DNA of 43,739 nucleotides from positions 1-43,739 of the IMG/VR virus record IMGVR_UViG_3300033148_003279; one strand, written 5' to 3'. Every line of letters starts with the position of its first letter. Within the stretch, counting starts at the first letter, position 1. The position numbers and the translations under genes are program-made. Positions 34,095-41,023 of the stretch are shown piece by piece. This DNA is from a virus. The notes beneath the pieces were generated by a model. The model ran no database searches. It saw only the letters and a list, made by a program, of their open reading frames with translations, and was not told the origin of the DNA.

Positions 34095-34577
34095 ATGGCA
34101 AAGCGGAAACTGATCTGGACTAAGTCGGTGAAGTCGGTCGCGGAACTGGACGATTTGATTGCCAATGGTGTAATCGGTGCGGATGGGCAAATGCATGCCG
34201 CTACTAATGTTCAATACGACGTTGGTATCAGTCTGCAGGCCGAAACTGGTGTGGCCCGCGCGCGCCGGATTCTCGGCGTCCTTGCCGATGCGGGTTTAAT
34301 TGGCAAGGGCTTAGTCGGCTGTTTCGTTCGGTCGTATTCGTCACCAACCGCTGAGGCTAAGGCGAAAGCGGAGGCGGAACGTCGGGAACGAGATCGTAAC
34401 CGTATGCTCGATCTAAGTCGGCAAGCGATGGCGCTCGGCCTACAGGGTAACGAGTTTGTATCCGCCGTCCGTGATGCGATGGACAAAGGATTGTCGGTGT
34501 TACCTGGATTCGACGGGTTCCCCGACGATTGGCCCAACTCCGACGAATCCGATTCCAACGCCGACGAATCCGAATAA
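34095..34577 (+). CDS. first rightward gene: wHTH-like protein with an acidic C-terminal tail (160 aa)
   Basis: SD ggggaaag. Contains ETGVARARRILGVLADAGLIGKG. C-terminus DDWPNSDESDSNADESE. Its codon usage is CpG-rich with no AGA/AGG, unlike the rest of the genome. Confidence 0.65.
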   Translation: MAKRKLIWTKSVKSVAELDDLIANGVIGADGQMHAATNVQYDVGISLQAETGVARARRILGVLADAGLIGKGLVGCFVRSYSSPTAEAKAKAEAERRERDRNRMLDLSRQAMALGLQGNEFVSAVRDAMDKGLSVLPGFDGFPDDWPNSDESDSNADESE

Positions 34578-34591
34578 GCAAGCCAACAGTA

Positions 34592-34628
34592 GTGGCAAGA
34601 CGCTAATTCAATATTAGCGTCTTGCCAC
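34592..34628 (+). terminator. perfect 16-bp-stem hairpin gtggcaagacgctaat-tcaat-attagcgtcttgccac
   Basis: Direct reading. Starts 15 nt after the stop of 34095..34577. No U tract. Confidence 0.45.
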
Positions 34629-34678
34629 TCCGCCAATTCACCGTGCAACATTCGCAAACAGTCAACGGAGATTCGACA

Positions 34679-35011
34679 ATGCAGAATGAAAAGCTATTCA
34701 CCCTCCTCGACCTCTTAGGCCACGAACTCTACAGCAGAGGGCATTTGGACCTCGTGGATGTGGTGTCCGACATCGAGGATGAGGCCTTCGGGCCTTTGGG
34801 CCTTCGTAGCCGTCAAACGGCCAACGGGCATTCGATAGAGTGCGAGAATCGTGAATGTGTCTTCAACGATTTCGGAGAGTGCACCTGCGATCACGTCCAG
34901 CTTATCCGATCCTACACTGGGGACCTCGTTTGCAATTCGTTCTGGACAGATGCGGATTTGCGAAGCAGGGTTGAGTTTGGAAAGATGCTGACGCGAAAGG
35001 TTCAGGACTAA
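34679..35011 (+). CDS. Cys-rich small protein, DUF1540-like (paralog of 41024..41224)
   Basis: ECENRECVFNDFGECTCDHVQLI...LVCNSFW. SD ggag lies before ATG 34679. The track start at 34622 is a TTG inside the hairpin. Confidence 0.55.
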   Translation: MQNEKLFTLLDLLGHELYSRGHLDLVDVVSDIEDEAFGPLGLRSRQTANGHSIECENRECVFNDFGECTCDHVQLIRSYTGDLVCNSFWTDADLRSRVEFGKMLTRKVQD

Positions 35012-35021
35012 CCGTCAACGG

Positions 35022-35047
35022 GGGAGGCGCCTTTGGTGGCGCCTCCC
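35022..35047 (+). terminator. GC hairpin gggaggcgcc-tttggt-ggcgcctccc
   Basis: Direct reading. Lies after 34679..35011, just before motif copy 10. Confidence 0.35.
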
Positions 35048-35058
35048 TCCATCCACTC

Positions 35059-35083
35059 AGTTTCTTCAAACTTTGAAGAAACT
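35059..35083 (+). promoter_or_regulatory. palindromic motif copy 10: AGTTTCTTCAAACTTTGAAGAAACT (perfect palindrome)
   Basis: Follows GC hairpin 35022-35047. Lies 55 nt before ATG 35139. Confidence 0.8.
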
Positions 35084-35138
35084 CCAGTTTGGGCCTTCGG
35101 GCCTTCGGGCATTCGACAAAAAGAAAGGAGATCTGACA

Positions 35139-35366
35139 ATGCGTGTCATAGTGTGTAGTGCAGACGTCGAGGATGCGGCTGACCGCATCCGCAGATTCGT
35201 CGATGGGTTCCCTACTTCATCTGAGGAGTTCCAACGCTTCAGGCGTTGCCTCAGCGAGTCCGCCAACGGCCTGCTCGCATCGTCTGAAGATGCGATCATT
35301 GAGGCAGCAATAACAGAGTTCATCGAAGGCGAAGGGAGAGGCGATCATGGCTTACGTTCGTCCTAA
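35139..35366 (+). CDS. hypothetical protein (75 aa)
   Basis: SD aaaggag lies 8 nt before ATG 35139. The track start at 35073 lies inside the motif copy. Confidence 0.55.
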   Translation: MRVIVCSADVEDAADRIRRFVDGFPTSSEEFQRFRRCLSESANGLLASSEDAIIEAAITEFIEGEGRGDHGLRSS

Positions 35367-35556
35367 CTTCCGCACGAAGAAGGCTCTCCGTGAAGCCCTC
35401 AGGGCAGGCGAGCCTGTTGAGGTGTTTCAGCCTGGGATCGGGACCATCCCCAATGATGGTCCCGTCACCCTGGAGGGTCCTTGGCACCCTCAGCCTCACA
35501 CCTGGTATGCCAGAGGCATAATGAAGAATGGGCAGTTGACCAGGCTTGTGAGTTGA
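35347..35556 (+). CDS. hypothetical protein (69 aa)
   Basis: ORF track. SD gggagagg. Confidence 0.55.
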   Translation: MAYVRPNFRTKKALREALRAGEPVEVFQPGIGTIPNDGPVTLEGPWHPQPHTWYARGIMKNGQLTRLVS

Positions 35557-35669
35557 GGGCCACCGGCCCCGCACCTGCTGGACGTAGTGCATATTTCAGC
35601 AGGTGCCCATCTGACGGCCCCGCACTGTGCGAAGGGCCAATCTCGAAGAAGGTCGTAAGGAGAAATGAT

Positions 35670-35873
35670 ATGAATGCAAGGACTTTGTTTGACGATGTGA
35701 GAGCAGGACGCCTGACATTCGATGAGGTCAGGCGCTGGTTCGGCCATGAGGTCGGCCTTCGGGACGCCTCCTGCCCATTCCTCACCCCTGCTCAGGGCCG
35801 CACAGTCTGCACCCTGACAGGCGAACTGAATCCCCAATGCTCCGCCTGCCCATACGCAGAGAAAGGAGAATGA
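35670..35873 (+). CDS. four-Cys small protein (paralog of 40875..41021)
   Basis: CPFL...GRTVCTLTGELNPQCSAC. SD taaggag lies 7 nt upstream. Confidence 0.55.
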   Translation: MNARTLFDDVRAGRLTFDEVRRWFGHEVGLRDASCPFLTPAQGRTVCTLTGELNPQCSACPYAEKGE

Positions 35874-35875
35874 TA

Positions 35876-36124
35876 ATGGACCATCGACGAAGAAGCGCAG
35901 AGCTCTTGTTCAAGGCAGAGGAGGCGCTGCAGCAATCAAATGAGAACGTCTACTTCCCCGGCTGGCCTCCAAAATCGGACATAGCCGAATATGAGACGAT
36001 CAAGGAAATGGCGAGGGCCATCCTCGCCGAAGGCGTCGCTGAGGATAGAGGGACATACGTTCAGGCAAACAGTCTGGCCACGCTGCTGAACTACGTCGGC
36101 TCGATGATCGATCCTGAAGCGTGA
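35876..36124 (+). CDS. hypothetical protein (82 aa)
   Basis: Conserved initiation cassette aaggagaatgataATG. Confidence 0.55.
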   Translation: MDHRRRSAELLFKAEEALQQSNENVYFPGWPPKSDIAEYETIKEMARAILAEGVAEDRGTYVQANSLATLLNYVGSMIDPEA

Positions 36125-36138
36125 TGGCCATAAGAACC

Positions 36139-36165
36139 CATCCCCGAGGATCGACCTCGGGGATG
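36139..36165 (+). terminator. hairpin catccccgagg-atcga-cctcggggatg (11-bp stem)
   Basis: Direct reading. Lies in the intergenic gap after 35876..36124. Confidence 0.35.
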
Positions 36166-36188
36166 CCCCATCATCAAGGAGAATGACA

Positions 36189-36428
36189 ATGGATTCCAAA
36201 TACGTTGCAATGGCAGGCATCCACGGATGCACTCCGAACCACATCACGGAATGCGACACATTCGATGAGGCCGTCGATGACCTCACGATGATGCACGACC
36301 TCAACGCCCAGCAGGTTCGTCGCCTCCGCACTGTCGGCAGCGTCGAACTCGACCTCCAAACGCAAGGCAATGAATATGCAGAAGTCACCTGCTGGCCGTC
36401 TGACGGCCCGCCAAATGATGGAGAATGA
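36189..36428 (+). CDS. hypothetical protein (79 aa)
   Basis: Initiation cassette aaggagaatgacaATG. Confidence 0.55.
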   Translation: MDSKYVAMAGIHGCTPNHITECDTFDEAVDDLTMMHDLNAQQVRRLRTVGSVELDLQTQGNEYAEVTCWPSDGPPNDGE

Positions 36429-36430
36429 CA

Positions 36431-36586
36431 ATGAATGACAATCCCTCCAGAAGTCACCAACTCGCCATCGCCCGCAAGACGCTTCGGATGAATGATGTGA
36501 TGGTGCGGGTGATGGGCGGAATGACGAAGGCGGAGGCGCGACGCCTTCTGGCCCGATCGCAGAGAAAGGAGAATGACAATGAATGA
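36431..36586 (+). CDS. small protein (51 aa, MNDNPSRSHQLAIARKTLRMNDV...)
   Basis: Below the track cutoff. Initiation cassette ggagaatgacaATGaatgac. Confidence 0.45.
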   Translation: MNDNPSRSHQLAIARKTLRMNDVMVRVMGGMTKAEARRLLARSQRKENDNE

Positions 36587-36911
36587 CGAACTCAGAAGAA
36601 TCGTATGGCGACAGGTGTATGGGCGCCTGACGAAGGAGATGGAGGAGGGCCTCTCGGTCCTCCTCATCGATGATGCCTGCAGGGCCTCAGGGGCCAACCC
36701 GAAGCAGGTCGCTGCGGAGGTGGACCTCATCCGCCAAATCATCCAGGATGCCATCTTCGGTGGCCCCCATCAGGAGCCCCTCTATGACTCCATCAAGGCC
36801 GTCATCCTCCCCCTCGTCAATAACGACGGGCAGCGGGCAGGGAGGTTGGCCGAGGATGCCCTGGCCGACGCCTGTGATGCATCAGCGGATCCCTGGTGGG
36901 TCGGCGAATGA
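36579..36911 (+). CDS. hypothetical protein (110 aa)
   Basis: Initiation cassette aaggagaatgacaATGaatgac. Confidence 0.55.
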   Translation: MNDELRRIVWRQVYGRLTKEMEEGLSVLLIDDACRASGANPKQVAAEVDLIRQIIQDAIFGGPHQEPLYDSIKAVILPLVNNDGQRAGRLAEDALADACDASADPWWVGE

Positions 36912-36982
36912 CGAATGGCGAAGGTGAATGATGTTCTTTGGCGGCCTCGCTCTGGGTTCATGTCGCCTCTCCAGCGCCGCCT

Positions 36983-37015
36983 CCCCCATCCGAAGCGAGC
37001 GGGATAGGATGGGGG
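36983..37015 (+). terminator. hairpin cccccatcc-(15 nt)-ggatggggg
   Basis: Direct reading. Lies after 36579..36911, before motif copy 11. Confidence 0.3.
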
Positions 37016-37045
37016 CCCAAAAGGGACCCTGGGCGGAATGGAGAA

Positions 37046-37070
37046 AGTTATTTCAAACTTTGAATAAACT
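37046..37070 (+). promoter_or_regulatory. palindromic motif copy 11: AGTTATTTCAAACTTTGAATAAACT
   Basis: Follows hairpin 36983-37015. Lies 16 nt before ATG 37087. Confidence 0.75.
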
Positions 37071-37086
37071 TCATTGGAGCCTCTCA

Positions 37087-37368
37087 ATGTCATCAAACCA
37101 AATCATCAGGGATGCGATTGCGGACCTCCTTGAGGCCTCAATCACAGACGATTGGGAGCAGGACCTCCTGTCTCGCATGCCGTCAGACGGCCATCCAGAG
37201 GACCTCATCGCTGACTCCATCAATCACGCGATGGCCCTCATCCGAGGGATGACTCCTACTCCCCTCTCTCAATTGTGCATCGACCTCGATCAGCAACTCT
37301 CGTCGATGCGCCGTCAGTTTTGGTCAATCATAAGCGCGGAGGGCCGCCAGACGGCCCAGGAGGAATAA
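37087..37368 (+). CDS. hypothetical protein (93 aa)
   Basis: SD ggag lies before ATG 37087, 16 nt after the motif copy. The track start at 36928 crosses a hairpin and the motif. Confidence 0.55.
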   Translation: MSSNQIIRDAIADLLEASITDDWEQDLLSRMPSDGHPEDLIADSINHAMALIRGMTPTPLSQLCIDLDQQLSSMRRQFWSIISAEGRQTAQEE

Positions 37369-37749
37369 ATGCGATACAAAGGTCAGAAGTGCCGCGTTCT
37401 TTGGGAGCGCGATGGAGAATCCAGCATCGTGATGATGTCAGGACGAGATATGGGGAGGCAAATGATTGTCCCCTCAGCCGACATCCAAATCCCTCCGAGT
37501 CCCCCCGAGGAGCTCAAGGCCCTCTCCACAGAGGAGCTCCTTGAGCGCGCGGAGGCCCTCCGCCGCGGCCGCCAGACGGCCCGCGCGGACTGGGCCCTGA
37601 AGCGCCTCCGGAAGGCCCAGAAGGCTCCTACCCATACCTCTGCCCTCCGCCTTCCCCATTCGGAGGTCCAGCGCATCCTGGATGCTGGAGGGGAGTCGGC
37701 TAAGCGGATGCGGCAAATGCTGAAGCAGGGCAAGGTCATAAGCGTCTGA
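37369..37749 (+). CDS. hypothetical protein (126 aa)
   Basis: ORF track. SD aggagg. Confidence 0.6.
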   Translation: MRYKGQKCRVLWERDGESSIVMMSGRDMGRQMIVPSADIQIPPSPPEELKALSTEELLERAEALRRGRQTARADWALKRLRKAQKAPTHTSALRLPHSEVQRILDAGGESAKRMRQMLKQGKVISV

Positions 37750-37763
37750 AAGGAGAAATGCAA

Positions 37764-38009
37764 ATGCAGAACACAATCCCCCGACGGATCCTCCAATCCC
37801 TCAACCAATACATCCATCGGAGGCTCGAGCCTGGTGGATTCCTGAAGGCTGTGCTGATGAATGACCTCAGTGGTGCCCTCAGCCATGCCGACCCAGATTG
37901 CCTCCAATCATTGAAGACCCTCCACCATCACCTTTATTGGCATGCCCCATCCGAATGCTGGGGCAATGCGAAGCGGGTCCAGGAGTGGCTCAAAGGAGGG
38001 CCCGAATGA
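37764..38009 (+). CDS. hypothetical protein (81 aa)
   Basis: SD aaggag lies 8 nt before the second ATG. ATG 37758 is an alternative start. Confidence 0.55.
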   Translation: MQNTIPRRILQSLNQYIHRRLEPGGFLKAVLMNDLSGALSHADPDCLQSLKTLHHHLYWHAPSECWGNAKRVQEWLKGGPE

Positions 38010-39025
38010 ATGACATTCGGATCGGGATGGCGAGCCAGTTGACTGATGGGGTGATGTGGTGTGACTACTCCATGATGCATGAATGGCTCATCTGCCCGCG
38101 CATGTTCTATTGGCACTACATCAGAGGCCAGGTCCCTCGCATTCCCTCCCCAGCCCTCTCTGCTGGTGCGGCATGGCATAGGGGCATGGCATCCCTATGG
38201 CAATCCTGGAATCCTGCCATCGCTACTGCAGAGGCCCTCGATGGCTATGACCCGCCTCCAGAGGATCCTCGCTCTCCGTCCCGCATCGAGTTCCTGCTGC
38301 ATCGCTATGTGGAGGCCTACCCTCCGGAGCAGAACCCCTGGATGATGCTCCTCAACGAGAATGTCTTCAGCGTGGAACTTGCTGACGGGCTCGTATGGAG
38401 GGGCAGAGTTGATAAGGTGCTGCAGCACAGGGGGAATGGCAACATAGTAGTTATGGACCATAAGACCACATCCCGCTATGGGCACCATTTCTTCGAGCAG
38501 TTCTTCCCCTCCTGGCAATTGACAGGATACCAGCTTGGAGCAGAGCGCCTCCTTCGAGCAGGCCGCACTGCGGGGCGCCTTGCGCCCCTGGTGGAAGGGA
38601 TGGACATCCTCGGGGAGGGGCGCATCGCGCCCTTTGCCATCATCGATGTCACAATCCTGACATACGCGAATGTGGAGAATCCCCTCATGACTAAGTCCGG
38701 CCATCCTCGCGCTGGGCAGAAGACATGGAGGGATTGCTTCCACCGCGCGATGCCCCGCGTAACTCCATTCGAGCCTTCGGTCAAGCGGCAAATCATCCAA
38801 GTGATGGAGCAGGAGATGAAGCCCGCCATTGGCATCCTCTCGATGCCCTCGCCGACTGACGCTGAGCTCGATCGCTTTGCTCCCCAGCGTCCTGGAGAGC
38901 ACTCCTGCGATAGGTATGGCGGGTGCCCGTATCGGGAGCTGTGCCGCAGCCCTCAGAACATTCCCGACTTCCTTCGCCATTCCTTCGAGTTCCGGCAGTG
39001 GGATCCGGAGGAGGCCTCATCATGA
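38006..39025 (+). CDS. PD-(D/E)XK nuclease, Cas4/RecB-like, with a Cys cluster
   Basis: GRVDKV, VVMDHKTT and SWQLTGYQ motifs. N-terminal Cys (WLICPR) plus C-terminal CDRYGGCPYRELC. ATGA overlap with the upstream stop. Confidence 0.7.
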   Translation: MNDIRIGMASQLTDGVMWCDYSMMHEWLICPRMFYWHYIRGQVPRIPSPALSAGAAWHRGMASLWQSWNPAIATAEALDGYDPPPEDPRSPSRIEFLLHRYVEAYPPEQNPWMMLLNENVFSVELADGLVWRGRVDKVLQHRGNGNIVVMDHKTTSRYGHHFFEQFFPSWQLTGYQLGAERLLRAGRTAGRLAPLVEGMDILGEGRIAPFAIIDVTILTYANVENPLMTKSGHPRAGQKTWRDCFHRAMPRVTPFEPSVKRQIIQVMEQEMKPAIGILSMPSPTDAELDRFAPQRPGEHSCDRYGGCPYRELCRSPQNIPDFLRHSFEFRQWDPEEASS

Positions 39026-39045
39026 CCTCCGGATCGGGATCAAGA

Positions 39046-40215
39046 ATGTTTTTTCAAACTTTGAATAAACTTTCGGAGTGTGAAGAATGCGGTCGAGAGG
39101 CTGAACTCACACATCTCGAGGGAGTTGGATACGTATGCTCCGAATGCGAGTCTGAATTCTCCCAGTGCGATGATTGTCATCTGTATGCTGACCGAGATGG
39201 CATGACCATACTGGCGAATGGCGAGCGGATCTGCCATTCCTGCATAGACCTGGGAGGTTACGGTCGGTGCGATAACTGCGGTGAATACGCCGCCGAGGAC
39301 GACATGACCATATTGGCGAATGGCCAACAGGTCTGCGAGTCCTGCATCAACTCAGACGACTACTATGAGTGCCGCGAATGCGGGGAGATCCATCACTACA
39401 GCGATATGTCAACCGATGACATCTGTGATGCTTGCTGGGAGGAGATGCGCCACCGCATCCGCGATCATCACGAAGGTCCAGATCCCAATCCTCTCGATGA
39501 TGGCGAGCCCCTGATTGGCGTCGAACTGGAAATCGATGGTGGCGAGCGCGCCGATGTTGTCGATCAACTAATGGACCTCTCCGACTCCGAGGCTTTGTTT
39601 TGGATGGAGGAGGATGGCTCCCTGTCCGATGAAGGCATTGAGATAATCAGCCACCCCGCCTCTGCCCATTATCACACTCACAAATATCCGTGGGCGGACA
39701 TCTGCCACATCGTAAGCAAGGCTGGGTATTACAGTCATAATACAAGCGATTGCGGATTGCATATCCATCTCGAGCGTCGCCGCCTATCGATACGTCAGCA
39801 ACTTGCAATCGGAGTCCACATCTATAATCATCTCCAGCAGTGGCAACAGTTCTGTCGCCGCAAGGTCAATGGATACTGTAAATCCAAGCCTCCTGAGAAA
39901 CATCTTGAGGAGCTTAGAGCGTGTCCATCCTATCCTCCGATTCAGGACGACCGATATGAGGTCCTAAATTATCAGAACGCTGATACAATCGAGTTCCGCC
40001 TCCCCCGCGGGACTCTGAAGCCTGAAACGATCAAGGCAACCATTCAAGCCATCGATGCCTTATGGCATTACGTCCGCCGCCCAGAGACCTCACTCGATGA
40101 TATTGCCCAGCCGCAGGCCTGGGATGATTTCATCCAGTATGCTACGGCTGATCGACGGGCGGAGCTTCGACAGTATTTAGTCGGGAGAGCCCTAATGCGA
40201 AAGGAGAAAGATTAA
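39046..40215 (+). CDS. amidoligase (Amidoligase_2, glutamine-synthetase-like) with an N-terminal array of zinc ribbons
   Basis: IGVELEIDGG and EEDGSL..EGIEIISHP patterns. Five CxxC pairs, with the DMTILANG..(I/V)C.SCI repeat occurring twice. The only usable in-frame start is ATG 39046, so the motif copy lies in codons 1-9. Confidence 0.6.
   Translation: MFFQTLNKLSECEECGREAELTHLEGVGYVCSECESEFSQCDDCHLYADRDGMTILANGERICHSCIDLGGYGRCDNCGEYAAEDDMTILANGQQVCESCINSDDYYECRECGEIHHYSDMSTDDICDACWEEMRHRIRDHHEGPDPNPLDDGEPLIGVELEIDGGERADVVDQLMDLSDSEALFWMEEDGSLSDEGIEIISHPASAHYHTHKYPWADICHIVSKAGYYSHNTSDCGLHIHLERRRLSIRQQLAIGVHIYNHLQQWQQFCRRKVNGYCKSKPPEKHLEELRACPSYPPIQDDRYEVLNYQNADTIEFRLPRGTLKPETIKATIQAIDALWHYVRRPETSLDDIAQPQAWDDFIQYATADRRAELRQYLVGRALMRKEKD
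39047..39071 (+). promoter_or_regulatory. palindromic motif copy 12: TGTTTTTTCAAACTTTGAATAAACT
   Basis: Lies 21 nt after the Cas4-like stop and overlaps the first codons of the amidoligase ORF. Confidence 0.75.
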
Positions 40216-40869
40216 ATGTGTGTCATCATAGCAAAATCCGCTGGATTGCGATGGCCATCAACAAAGACCCTCGCTCAGTGCTGGGCTGCCAATCCTGATG
40301 GAGCTGGATTGATGCTGCTCTCCGGAGGTCAGGTCCAAATCCATAAAGGCTTTATGGACCTCCCCAGCCTCAAAGCAGCATTGAAGAAGGTCCGCCCTGC
40401 ACAGTCGGCTGTCCTGCACTTTCGCCATGCAACCTCTGGCTCTCGGTCTGCGGCAATGACTCACCCATTCCCAATATCAGCAGATCCAGACGATCTCCAA
40501 TCAATGAACTGGAGTGGCGATGCGGGAGTGGCTCATAATGGAATCTTTGGAAGTGGAGAGGGATCGCTCTCCGACACGGCCGTATTTGTTAGGGATGTCC
40601 TGACTCCGCTGCGGGATCGATTGACCCATTCTGCGGTCCTCCAGCTCCTCTCTATGGCAATAGATACCAGTTCCTTAGCACTGCTGACCGCCGACATTGA
40701 CGATCCTCTGCTGCTGGGCAGCAGTTGGATCAATCAGCGTGGCATTTGGTATTCCAATCTCGATTGGCGTTCGAGGGATTGGCATCCGATGGAGTGGCGC
40801 CAAACTGTCGGCTACTGTCCGAACTGCCATACTGAGATTACTGAAGACGACCTTTGGCTAGTGGAGTGA
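40216..40869 (+). CDS. class-II (Ntn) glutamine amidotransferase
   Basis: N-terminal MCVII (nucleophile Cys2), HFRHATSGS and VAHNGIF. C-terminal CPNCH. Confidence 0.75.
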   Translation: MCVIIAKSAGLRWPSTKTLAQCWAANPDGAGLMLLSGGQVQIHKGFMDLPSLKAALKKVRPAQSAVLHFRHATSGSRSAAMTHPFPISADPDDLQSMNWSGDAGVAHNGIFGSGEGSLSDTAVFVRDVLTPLRDRLTHSAVLQLLSMAIDTSSLALLTADIDDPLLLGSSWINQRGIWYSNLDWRSRDWHPMEWRQTVGYCPNCHTEITEDDLWLVE

Positions 40870-40874
40870 GAACT

Positions 40875-41021
40875 ATGTCCAGAGACCTAACCCAGCGGCA
40901 GCCCCAGTGTGTGTATCTGGAGAGGCATCAAGGCCGAGCGATATGCACCCTCAGTGGAAAACTGAATCCACGTTGCGTGTTGTGCGAGGAATATGAGCCG
41001 AAGCAGACAAAGGAGAGGTGA
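40875..41021 (+). CDS. four-Cys small protein (48 aa), paralog of 35670..35873
   Basis: Below the track cutoff. Reads CVYL...GRAICTLSGKLNPRCVLC. Confidence 0.5.
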   Translation: MSRDLTQRQPQCVYLERHQGRAICTLSGKLNPRCVLCEEYEPKQTKER

Positions 41022-41023
41022 AG

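Noticed and set aside
32669-34165. Track ORFs inside the non-coding hub: 32669..32998 (+), 32740..32991 (-), 33366..33560 (-), 33585..33773 (-), 33597..33812 (+), 33846..34079 (+), 33905..34165 (-)
   Set aside because: None has an SD. Their translations are dominated by tandem repeats or AT-rich low complexity (for example IYICIYVYMY), and they overlap one another on both strands.
36928-37086. 5' extensions of track ORFs that cross a motif copy or hairpin: 36928 start, 38923 start, 9527 start, 32743 start, 35073 start, 2875 start, 34622 start
   Set aside because: In most cases an internal ATG with a good SD lies 13-55 nt downstream of the motif. For 38923 the internal ATG 39046 has only a weak SD and abuts the motif. 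The extensions overlap the upstream gene or terminator-like hairpins.
2489-39071. The repeated 25-mer as a CRISPR array, a MITE-like mobile element or sigma70 promoters
   Set aside because: Copies are 2-5 kb apart with genes between them, so this is not a CRISPR array. There are no target-site duplications or internal sequence, so it is not a MITE. The TTGAAA half-site has no -10 hexamer at 16-18 nt, because the SD or start codon occupies that position.
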